Assembly: GCA_016212005.1 (NCBI GenBank)
Contig: JACRHP010000043.1
Coordinates: forward strand, 99-64,098
DNA from: Candidatus Omnitrophota bacterium
Lineage (GTDB): Bacteria > Omnitrophota > Gorgyraeia > Zapsychrales > Zapsychraceae
Direction of reading: 5' to 3'
DNA length: 64,000 nucleotides
Shown here: one piece after another, positions 44,686-52,538 of the stretch
Position numbering within the stretch: the stretch's first letter is position 1
How the letters are laid out: every line of letters starts with the position of its first letter
Position numbers and translations under genes: made by a program
The notes under the pieces: generated by a model
Told to the model about the DNA's origin: nothing
Seen by the model: only the letters and a program-made list of their open reading frames with translations
The model's database searches: none

Positions 44686-46061
44686 ATCTAGAAGAACAGA
44701 TTAGAGTTATTAATAACCCTCAAGAGTTCGTAGATTTGTGTAATACGATTTTTACCGAGAAATATGGGAATGATTTTCAGATTATTGATGGAACAAGGGC
44801 TGATGATGGAAACGACGGGTATGTTTATTCAGAAAAAAGAATTTTTGCTATTTATTGCCCAGTTAAACCCGAAAACAAAAGAGATGAAGATTTTAAAAAG
44901 AAAATAGGTGGTGACTTAAATAAAGCTAAAGAATTACAAGACACAGGAAAGCTGGAAGTCAAAAAATGGACTTTTATTACTCCGTGCAAGCTTAGCAATG
45001 GAGTGATTTCATATCTGGTCGAGAAAGCGAAAGAATTCAATCTTGAAGCGAATCAGATAGAGTCTGCCTTCTTGGCCGGAGAATTATATAAGCACCAACA
45101 TTTGTTAAGTAAATTCCCTCGCTTGCATATCTCGCAGATAGAGCCGAAATTGGATGAAATTTTGAAAGAGCTAAGGGGGAGCAAAGACATTGTGGAATTG
45201 CCTAATAAACCATATACACAGAAAAATGAGAAGCCAAGCGAAGACCTAAAAAAGGTGTTTAAAATATTAAGTATAGAGCAAGCTGAGAAAAGTAAGTCCG
45301 AATTAAAAATTATATTCTATAAAACGTCAGATAAGATTGCCCAAGTAAATGCAATATTAGGTTTACTAAAATGGTTTAATCCGCTAGAAGATAGCGACGA
45401 AGACATGATTGATTGGTGCGATCAAGGAATGAAAATTGCCGAGACTTTGAAAGACAAAGGACTTCGTGCGATATTTCTTTCTAATAAGGCTTTTTATCTT
45501 TCACAAATTTGGTCCAGAGAAGATATGAATACCGCATATACTCTTAAAGCAGGCAATTTAATAGGCATTCAAGTAATTTCAAGTGAAGAAATACAAAGGA
45601 AAGTGAAGATGTTGCACGATCTGGAAACTCAGTTTTTGAGTGCCTTTAAAGAAGCTTTAGATATTACTATTGAAATCAAAAATGGCTATTTAATAGCGCA
45701 AATATTATTAAACATTGGGCAAGCAGCGGGGGTAAGATACATTCATCTTAATGCCTTGAGGATTGGTCGAGCAGAACAAGAAAAAAGACTATCAAAAGAG
45801 GCATTGCTTCAGGCAAGAAATCTTTATTCAAGCATGGGTTATGAATTAGGCGTTGGTTACGCGCTGCATAACTTAGCTAATCAGCTTTTTATATTTGGAG
45901 AAAAAGAAGAGGCTATGCAATTAAATAAAACTGTTGCCGAGATTGCCAAGAAACACAATGATGAATCTTTATTACAAACGGCATCTTGGTTGAGAGAAAG
46001 TTTAGAAACAGACAGGATTCCTGATTATATTCATGGTGAAAGAAGAGAACGGAAAAGATAA
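44682..46061 (+). CDS. Unknown protein: N-terminal Mrr/PD-(D/E)xK-like region + C-terminal helical-repeat (TPR-like) region
   Basis: GTG 44682 overlaps the hsdM-S stop (GTGA) and follows GGGGGGAGA. The N-terminus FVDLCNTIFTEKYGNDFQIIDGTRADDGNDGYVYSEKRIFAIYCP resembles restriction-endonuclease cores. The C-terminus contains GYELGVGYALHNLANQLFIFGEKEEAMQL. There is no Walker A motif. The gene is AT-rich. Confidence 0.55.
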   Translation: MNLEEQIRVINNPQEFVDLCNTIFTEKYGNDFQIIDGTRADDGNDGYVYSEKRIFAIYCPVKPENKRDEDFKKKIGGDLNKAKELQDTGKLEVKKWTFITPCKLSNGVISYLVEKAKEFNLEANQIESAFLAGELYKHQHLLSKFPRLHISQIEPKLDEILKELRGSKDIVELPNKPYTQKNEKPSEDLKKVFKILSIEQAEKSKSELKIIFYKTSDKIAQVNAILGLLKWFNPLEDSDEDMIDWCDQGMKIAETLKDKGLRAIFLSNKAFYLSQIWSREDMNTAYTLKAGNLIGIQVISSEEIQRKVKMLHDLETQFLSAFKEALDITIEIKNGYLIAQILLNIGQAAGVRYIHLNALRIGRAEQEKRLSKEALLQARNLYSSMGYELGVGYALHNLANQLFIFGEKEEAMQLNKTVAEIAKKHNDESLLQTASWLRESLETDRIPDYIHGERRERKR

Positions 46062-46064
46062 TAG

Positions 46065-46100
46065 TACGAAATACGAAATAACCCGTGAATAACCCGTGAC
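46065..46100. repeat. Tandem direct repeats in the intergenic gap of the AT-rich cassette
   Basis: (tacgaaa)x2 followed by (taacccgtga)x2. The 12-mer cgaaatacgaaa is shared with the hairpin arm at 55797. Confidence 0.5.
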
Positions 46101-46201
46101 AGGCACGAATTTTCACAACGCCACAAATAATTCCTCGAAATTTCTGAGGGGAGAATCAAAGCCCCCTATTGCGAAAGCAGGGCGCCAGCAAATTTTTTCA
46201 T

Positions 46202-46993
46202 ATGCTAATTCAAATCAAAAAAGTCGAAGCCAGGCAGTTCAGAAGAGTATTGAAATCCGGCAGGACAACTCCCTTGCTATTTGAATGCGAGGACGTCGCA
46301 ACTGGCCAGAAAGAGGAGTATGTTGTAAAATTGAAGGGCAGTTTGGACAGGAGAGACCGGGGTTTGATTTGTGAACTGGTCTCCTCGACTATTGCCCGGT
46401 TTATGGGGTTCAATACGCCACCCATAGCCGTAGTCAATATTGATGCTCAAATGGCTTCGCTTATTGATGCAATTCCCAAAGATAAAATAGACTCAAGCAT
46501 TGGCTTGAATTTTGGCAGTAAATTACTTTCCGGAGGCTACTTTAATCTGCCCAACGATTATCCATTGACCAATCATATGGAACAGGCTGCGGCAGAAATC
46601 ATCATATTTGATGCGTTGATTCAGAATTTCGACCGGAGAGCCGGGAAACCGAATATGTTTATTAAGGGGGATGAGATTTATATTTTTGATCATGAACTGG
46701 CATTTTCTTTTCTTGAGCTGATCGGAAAGAGAGACAGTCCTTGGGAACAGGCCGCATTTTCTAGTTGTGTGCGGGGGCACTTTTTTTACAGGCAGTTAAA
46801 GGGGAGGACGTTGAGCTTGGAAAGAATTACGCAGGGCATTAAGAACATGGGCGATGATTTCTTGTTAGATGTCCAGGCGAGTATTCCTGAAGAATGGAAG
46901 GATGGGGAAATTGGTCATATTTTTGATCATTTAAAGGCAATCGTAGAAAACGCCGACCGGTTCATTGAAGGCGTAAGGAGGGAAATGGTATGA
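46202..46993 (+). CDS. HipA-like kinase-fold protein (HipA_2-type, DUF3037-associated)
   Basis: Catalytic-loop-like DALIQNFDRRAGKPNMFI and IFDHELAF. N-terminal TPLLFECED...EEYVVKLKG. ATG at 46202, with an alternative TTG at 46169. No obvious SD. Confidence 0.7.
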   Translation: MLIQIKKVEARQFRRVLKSGRTTPLLFECEDVATGQKEEYVVKLKGSLDRRDRGLICELVSSTIARFMGFNTPPIAVVNIDAQMASLIDAIPKDKIDSSIGLNFGSKLLSGGYFNLPNDYPLTNHMEQAAAEIIIFDALIQNFDRRAGKPNMFIKGDEIYIFDHELAFSFLELIGKRDSPWEQAAFSSCVRGHFFYRQLKGRTLSLERITQGIKNMGDDFLLDVQASIPEEWKDGEIGHIFDHLKAIVENADRFIEGVRREMV

Positions 46994-47847
46994 AAAAGCA
47001 ATATTCGTATACGGTTTTGCGATACATCCATGACATTACTACCGAGGAGTTTATTAACATCGGCGTGGTTTTGTATTCACCGCAGGAGAAATTTTTGAGC
47101 GCCGCGTGCACGAACAAATATGGCCGGTTGTCCAGGATGTTTTTTGATGTTGAAGGAGATCGGTTTAAACAGGTTGTCAAATATATCCAGGATCAAATTA
47201 ATGAGTTGGGCGGCAGAATCCATCAGGAATTAGAATTTGAGAAGCTGCCTGATTCTGTAAACAAGATTGTCGGTAAAATCTTGCCTCCTGACGACGGATC
47301 TTTGCAGTTTTCCGATGCGGGAAAAGGGGTAGCTGAAGATTTACCGGAAACACTGGATGAATTATTTGTGAGGTATGTCGCGAAATATCTGGAGAAATCG
47401 GATTTAAGAAGCAGATCTGATGAAGAGGTTTTGAAATCGTTTAAGAAAGAATTCGGAGAAAAGGGAATCCTGGACGCGTTGAAGCCATTTAAAGTGGAGT
47501 CCGAAGACGATGAACATGAATTCCCCTATGCCTGGAAAAACTCAACATGGCATGTTCTGCAGCCTCTTTCATTTGATTTGGTCGATCCAGAATCTATCAA
47601 AAGAAAAGCACATACTTGGCTGGGTGTGGGCCATAGTCTGCTGCGCCCGGAGGAAGTGAAAAAGAAGATTCGGGAAGGAGTAACATTGAATTTTCTCTTG
47701 GGGGCCCCCAAAGAGCAAAAGCTGTTGAACTATTTTAACAAAGCAAAAAGTATTTTAGACAAGATGCCTTGTGAGCATAAATTTGTCCATGAAGAAGAGG
47801 CGTCGGCTTTTGCTGAAGAAATCAAAAAAGATTTGGGAAGCCATTAA
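46990..47847 (+). CDS. DUF3037 domain protein
   Basis: The N-terminus YSYTVLRYIHDITTEEFINIGVVLYSP is the DUF3037 signature. The ATG overlaps the kinase stop (ATGA at 46990-46993). Confidence 0.75.
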   Translation: MKKQYSYTVLRYIHDITTEEFINIGVVLYSPQEKFLSAACTNKYGRLSRMFFDVEGDRFKQVVKYIQDQINELGGRIHQELEFEKLPDSVNKIVGKILPPDDGSLQFSDAGKGVAEDLPETLDELFVRYVAKYLEKSDLRSRSDEEVLKSFKKEFGEKGILDALKPFKVESEDDEHEFPYAWKNSTWHVLQPLSFDLVDPESIKRKAHTWLGVGHSLLRPEEVKKKIREGVTLNFLLGAPKEQKLLNYFNKAKSILDKMPCEHKFVHEEEASAFAEEIKKDLGSH

Positions 47848-47968
47848 ATCTCTGAAGAGTTCGCGAGTTCGGGGGATGTGTAACGGGACACGGACACGAG
47901 GGACACAATCTTATTTCTATAGAGTTAGGTAATGTGTCCCAAATGGTGCAGACTCGATACCTGCCAAA

Positions 47969-48054
47969 AATCCTGCCAAAATGGCAGGATTCGTGATTGG
48001 ATTTCGGCGGGCGGACAAAAATCCCGACAATAATCCCGACAAAGTGTCGGGATT
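47969..48054 (+). promoter_or_regulatory. Two paralogous perfect hairpins, each followed by CGTG, immediately upstream of radC
   Basis: AATCCTGCCA-aaa-TGGCAGGATT cgtg (47969-47995) and AATCCCGAC-aaagt-GTCGGGATT cgtg (48032-48058). Each is preceded by a direct copy of its left arm (cctgccaaaaatcctgcca; tcccgacaataatcccgac). Confidence 0.55.
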
Positions 48055-48063
48055 CGTGTGGTT

Positions 48064-48726
48064 ATGAAAACTATCAAAGACATGCCGAAACACAGCCGCC
48101 CCCGCGAGAAACTGCGGGAGAAAGGCGCTTGTGCTCTTTCCGACGAGGAACTTGTCGCGGCGATTCTCGGCATGGGTACGGCGGGCGTTGACGTGCGCAC
48201 GATTGCCCGGCAAGTTGCCGGACTCATTCGGGAACACAAAGACAACCTGAAGCTTGATCACTTGCAGGCCGTTCCCGGCGTCAAACTTGCCAAGGCGGCG
48301 CAGATCCTTTCGGCATTCGAGCTCGCCCGGCGTTACCTGCTCAAGGATACGGTCAAGATCGCCGTTGCCCGGGATGTCCTGCCGCTGGTGGCCGACATCG
48401 CGGGCAAGCAGCAGGAGTATTTCGTCTGCATCTCGCTGAACGGAGCTAACGAGGTCATCGAAAAGCGCGTGGTCACAATCGGTCTTCTCGACAAAACCCC
48501 GGTTCATCCGCGCGAAGTGTTTGCCGACGTTATTGCCGACCGGGCCGCCGCTGTGATCTTTGCCCACAATCACCCCTCCGGCGAACTGCAACCCAGCGAA
48601 GCCGATCTGCGGATGCACGAGCAATTGACCGAAGCCGGAAAGATTCTTGGGCTTCGTGTCCTGGACCATGTGATCGTGACGCGCAAAGGCCATTACAGTT
48701 TTCAGGAAGCCGGTTTGATCCGATGA
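48064..48726 (+). CDS. radC: RadC-family JAB/MPN domain protein
   Basis: N-terminal HhH region (RPREKLREKGACALSDEELVAAILG) and JAMM motif HNHPSGELQPSEAD. ATG at 48064, with an alternative GTG at 48058. Confidence 0.85.
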   Translation: MKTIKDMPKHSRPREKLREKGACALSDEELVAAILGMGTAGVDVRTIARQVAGLIREHKDNLKLDHLQAVPGVKLAKAAQILSAFELARRYLLKDTVKIAVARDVLPLVADIAGKQQEYFVCISLNGANEVIEKRVVTIGLLDKTPVHPREVFADVIADRAAAVIFAHNHPSGELQPSEADLRMHEQLTEAGKILGLRVLDHVIVTRKGHYSFQEAGLIR

Positions 48727-48841
48727 CGACACGCCTTGAGAGGATAATAATCGGAGAATGTCCAATGCATAAATCCCAAAAGCCGTAAAAAGCCGTAAAG
48801 ATTACCTTGAATGCTTTGTAGAAACCTGTTATCTTTATTCT

Positions 48842-49024
48842 ATGACTATAAAAGAAAAAGTAATAAAAGTGGTGCGGGCCCTGCCGAATAATGCTTCGAT
48901 AGAAGACGCCATGGAACGCCTGTTATTCCTGGCCAAGATTGAAAAGGGTCTGAACCAGGCGGATTCGGGCCAAACCATCCCGCATAGTCGAGTGAAAGAG
49001 AAAATGTCGAAATGGTTGAAGTAA
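48842..49024 (+). CDS. Antitoxin (small, partner of the ParE/RelE toxin)
   Basis: 60 aa. It overlaps the downstream toxin gene by 13 nt. ...IEDAMERLLFLAKIEKGLNQADSG... is typical of this antitoxin class. Confidence 0.65.
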   Translation: MTIKEKVIKVVRALPNNASIEDAMERLLFLAKIEKGLNQADSGQTIPHSRVKEKMSKWLK

Positions 49025-49314
49025 GATGGACTCCTGAAGCGGCAGGTGACCTGGAAGCTATCGCAAACTTTATTGCTAAAGACTCGCCATATTACGCCCG
49101 CCTTTTCGTCATTGATGTATTAGAAGCAGTTGATCGACTTCTCGATTTTCCAAGATTAGGCAGAGTTGTTCCGGAGTTGAGAAACCCGGTTATCCGTGAA
49201 ATTATTTTAGGTAACTATAGGCTTGTTTATCGACTGCGAAAGCAGGCTGTTGAGATCCTCACGGTTTATCACGGCACTAAATTACTCAATTCTTCCAAAA
49301 TAAATCGTGGATAA
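49012..49314 (+). CDS. Type II toxin, ParE/RelE superfamily
   Basis: 100 aa. WTPEAAGDLEAIANFIAKDSP...FPRLGRVVPEL...REIILGNYRLVYRL...VEILTVYHG matches the ParE/RelE pattern. Confidence 0.8.
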   Translation: MVEVRWTPEAAGDLEAIANFIAKDSPYYARLFVIDVLEAVDRLLDFPRLGRVVPELRNPVIREIILGNYRLVYRLRKQAVEILTVYHGTKLLNSSKINRG

Positions 49315-50563
49315 AATTTTTTCCCACCGCACCAACTGGCCGTTATCTTCCAACCGTATCACACAGACGCTTGATCGGCTCAAGAAAGAAAATATTGCGG
49401 TCATTGATCTGACCGAATCCAACCCCACACGCTGTGGCTTCGCTTATCCTTCCGAAAGAATTCTCCGGCCGCTGGCCTCCGACAAGAATTTGCGTTATGA
49501 GCCCCAGCCGCAGGGTTCCCTTGAGGCCCGCGAGGCCGTCGCCTGTTATTATAAAAGCCAGGGGATAACGGTCCTGGCTGAACAGATATTTTTGACCGCG
49601 AGCACTTCGGAAGCGTACTCTTATTTGTTCCGTCTTCTCGCGGACGCCGGAGAGGAAGTATTGTTCCCGCGGCCCAGTTATCCGCTTTTCCAGTTTTTGG
49701 GAGACCTCAACGATGTCACGCTGCGTTATTATCTTCTGGAGCACACGGACCGATGGCGCATTAATTTCAACTCGCTTGAAAAAATGGCCGGGCCCAAGAC
49801 GAAAGCGGTCGTCCTGGTCAACCCCAATAACCCGACGGGGTCGTTTATTTTTAAGGATGAGCTGGACAGCCTCAACGGCATCTGCCAACGGAAAAATATA
49901 GCTATTGTTTCCGATGAAGTGTTTTGGGACTACGCCCTGACCCCGGCTCCGCCGGGAAAAAGCGTCCGGGCCAGTCTGGCCGGGAACCGGGAGACGCTGA
50001 CTTTTGCCCTGGGCGGTCTGTCCAAGACGCTTGCCTTGCCGCAGATGAAGCTTTCCTGGATCATTGTCAGCGGGCCGGAAAAATTAGCGAGTGAGGCCTG
50101 TCAGCGCCTGGAGATGATCGCGGACACGTATCTTTCGGTCAACACGCCCGTCCAGAACGCGGTGCCGGAGTGGTTATCTCGCAAGGAGGAATTCCAGACC
50201 CCAGTTAAACAACGCATTGGGGATAATCTCCGTTTTCTGGAAGAAGCGGTCAAGACGACAAAATGTCAGTTGCTTAAACCCGAAGGCGGCTGGTACGCCG
50301 TTTTGCGGATCCCGCTGAATAAAATTTCGGAAGAAGAATTTATCCTGCAACTGCTTGAGAAGGAGCATGTGTTCGTCCACCCGGGGTATTTTTTTGATTT
50401 TGACCCATTCGACGGCCCCGTAACGGGGCCGCTCAGGGTCAACCCTGAGCGTAGTCGAAGGGTTGATGAAGAGGGGTTTCTGGTCGTGAGCCTTTTGCCG
50501 CCGGCAGATGATTTTAGGAAAGGGATAGAAAAGATATTGCAAAGAATCGCCCGGGTGCCTTAG
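49307..50563 (+). CDS. Class I/II PLP-dependent aminotransferase, with a small repeat element in-frame near the C-terminus
   Basis: VIDLTESNPT, VLVNPNNPTG and the PLP-lysine region LGGLSKTLALPQMKLSW. GTG 49307 overlaps the parE-like stop. The C-terminal GPLRVNPERSRRV is encoded by the element at 50408-50462. Confidence 0.75.
   Translation: MDKIFSHRTNWPLSSNRITQTLDRLKKENIAVIDLTESNPTRCGFAYPSERILRPLASDKNLRYEPQPQGSLEAREAVACYYKSQGITVLAEQIFLTASTSEAYSYLFRLLADAGEEVLFPRPSYPLFQFLGDLNDVTLRYYLLEHTDRWRINFNSLEKMAGPKTKAVVLVNPNNPTGSFIFKDELDSLNGICQRKNIAIVSDEVFWDYALTPAPPGKSVRASLAGNRETLTFALGGLSKTLALPQMKLSWIIVSGPEKLASEACQRLEMIADTYLSVNTPVQNAVPEWLSRKEEFQTPVKQRIGDNLRFLEEAVKTTKCQLLKPEGGWYAVLRIPLNKISEEEFILQLLEKEHVFVHPGYFFDFDPFDGPVTGPLRVNPERSRRVDEEGFLVVSLLPPADDFRKGIEKILQRIARVP
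50408..50462. repeat. Small GC-rich element with TTCGAC...GTCGAAGGG termini (intragenic copy)
   Basis: ttcgacggccccgtaacggggccgctcagggtcaaccctgagcgtagtcgaaggg. It contains the perfect hairpins GGCCCCG-taa-CGGGGCC and CTCAGGGT-ca-ACCCTGAG. The termini match the copy at 33078-33129. Confidence 0.5.
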
Positions 50564-50672
50564 GATCAACCGTTTGACCTTCTGCCGGGCCATCGCTTTT
50601 TGGTAACCGGATAAAAGGGGGCAGGTATTCTGGACAATCTATACACTTCCGTATAAATTGTCCATTATTTAT

Positions 50673-50701
50673 TTGACAGTGCCGTCGAGCGGCATTATAG
50701 T
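50673..50701 (+). promoter_or_regulatory. Sigma70-like promoter, possibly giving a leaderless mRNA
   Basis: TTGACA (50673-50678), 17 nt, then TATAGT (50696-50701). ATG codons lie at 50702 and 50708, so transcription would start at or near the ATG at 50708. Confidence 0.45.
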
Positions 50702-50707
50702 ATGGTC

Positions 50708-51964
50708 ATGGAACTTTCAAGAGACATTTTAGAGCGTTTAAGGAAAGACTTCGACCGCAAGGAGGCCCGCATTATCATCGGGCCCCGGCAGGTCGGCAAG
50801 ACGACCGTCCTTAAAAGGGTCGCGAAGCATTGCTCTGTCCGGAAAATTCCGTATGTATATTTCAACCTCGAGGTCCCGGCGCATGCCGAATATTTTGCCC
50901 GTCCCATGGGGGTTGTCCTGAAAGAATTGACGGCTAAGGGCCAAGTGGTTTTCATTGATGAGTTTCATTACTTGCCTAACGCCACCAAGTTATTTAAGGC
51001 TATCTTTGATCAATATCCATCGGTCCGTATTTATGCTTCCGGTTCTTCCGTGATTGAAATGCATAAGCATCTGAAGGAGAGCCTGGCCGGAAGACGGCTG
51101 CTTTACCGGGTTTTCCCTTTGTCTTTCGCGGAATGGGTCCCGAGCCGGTCGAAGGTAAGGTTGCCCGGTTCGTGGAGTGCCGCCGTTCCCAAGCGGGGAC
51201 ACGCGGCCCTTCGGCGTCTTTCGGAAGAATTCGTGATTTTTGGCGGCATGCCGGGGCTGGTCCATGAAAAGACGGCAGGGGATAGAAAAAGGCTTCTTTT
51301 GGACCTGGTGGAAACGTATATCCAGAAGGATATCAAGGCGCTCTTGAGGGAGGAAGATATTCTGTCTTTTAACCGGTTGTTGTCGCTTTTGGCATCACAG
51401 GAGGGAGGGATCTTAAGCGAGATCAGTCTTTCGCAGATGCTCAATTATTCGCTCCGGCAGGTGCGCAAGGATCTGGCTATTCTGCAACAAATGTTTTTTT
51501 TGAGCGTAATCAAACCGTTCTTCAATAACCGTGGGCGTGAGCTGAAACAGGCGAACAAGATCTATTTCTTTGATACAGGGATAAGGAATGCCATTTTAAG
51601 GGATTTCAGGTCGTTGCAGGATCGGGATGACAAAGGGGAACTATGGGAGTCGTTTGTTCTGGCGGAAATGCAGAAGAACCTGGGTGTCGGGCAGGACATT
51701 CATTACTGGCGGACGCGGCGTAAGGATGAGGTTGATTTTATCATCGTTCAGGACAGGACGCCTGTAGCGGTTGAGGTTAAGTCTAAACTATCAGGTCCGG
51801 ATATTCCGCAGGGTGTGCGGGTTTTCCTGCAACAATACCCTGATTGCCGTAAGGCCGTCGTGTTGAACAACGACATCTTTCAGAAGGTGGTTTTTGACGG
51901 CAGGGAGGTTATATTTGCGCCTCATTATTATGCGCGATTGATCCCGGCATTGTTTCGGAAGTAA
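50708..51964 (+). CDS. AAA ATPase with DUF4143 C-terminal domain
   Basis: Walker A GPRQVGKTT, Walker B VVFIDEFHY. The C-terminus DEVDFIIV...PVAVEVK is a restriction-endonuclease-like DUF4143 pattern. Start at 50702 or 50708. Confidence 0.75.
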   Translation: MELSRDILERLRKDFDRKEARIIIGPRQVGKTTVLKRVAKHCSVRKIPYVYFNLEVPAHAEYFARPMGVVLKELTAKGQVVFIDEFHYLPNATKLFKAIFDQYPSVRIYASGSSVIEMHKHLKESLAGRRLLYRVFPLSFAEWVPSRSKVRLPGSWSAAVPKRGHAALRRLSEEFVIFGGMPGLVHEKTAGDRKRLLLDLVETYIQKDIKALLREEDILSFNRLLSLLASQEGGILSEISLSQMLNYSLRQVRKDLAILQQMFFLSVIKPFFNNRGRELKQANKIYFFDTGIRNAILRDFRSLQDRDDKGELWESFVLAEMQKNLGVGQDIHYWRTRRKDEVDFIIVQDRTPVAVEVKSKLSGPDIPQGVRVFLQQYPDCRKAVVLNNDIFQKVVFDGREVIFAPHYYARLIPALFRK

Positions 51965-52059
51965 TAGGGAGTAATCCGGAAGAAGAATTTATCCTGCAGC
52001 TGCTTGACACAGGGCATCTTAAACCTTGCAATCCGGGGATGATTTGGTAAAATTCTTCC

Positions 52060-52533
52060 ATGAATAAAAGACCCGACTGGGATGAATATTTTTTGAAGCT
52101 GGCCATGCTGGCGTCCGAGCGCGCCACGTGCCCGCGGATGCATTGCGGCTGCGTGCTCGTGAAGGATAAAAGGGTCGTCTCCACCGGTTATAACGGTTCG
52201 ATCCCCGGGGACGAGCATTGCGAAGAGGTCGGGTGCCTGGTCGTGGACAACCATTGCGTGCGCACCGTCCACGCCGAGATGAACGCGATCGTCCAGGCGG
52301 CCAAGCGCGGGCACGCGATCGACGGCGCCACCGCCTACGTGACCAATATGCCTTGCACCGGCTGCGCGAAGGCGCTCATTACCGCCGGGATCAAGCGCGT
52401 GGTCGTCTTTTCGGATTATCATGACACGCTGGCGACGCAATTTTTCGCCAAGGCCGGCGTCAAGATCGACAAGCATGCCGTCCCTTCCACCGCAATCGTG
52501 TATAATCTCAAGGATTATTCCTCCGCCCGTTAA
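52060..52533 (+). CDS. dCMP deaminase (ComEB family)
   Basis: Zinc motifs VHAEMNAI and PCTGCAKAL. The N-terminus KRPDWDEYFLKLA is typical. Confidence 0.85.
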   Translation: MNKRPDWDEYFLKLAMLASERATCPRMHCGCVLVKDKRVVSTGYNGSIPGDEHCEEVGCLVVDNHCVRTVHAEMNAIVQAAKRGHAIDGATAYVTNMPCTGCAKALITAGIKRVVVFSDYHDTLATQFFAKAGVKIDKHAVPSTAIVYNLKDYSSAR

Positions 52534-52538
52534 AAATT

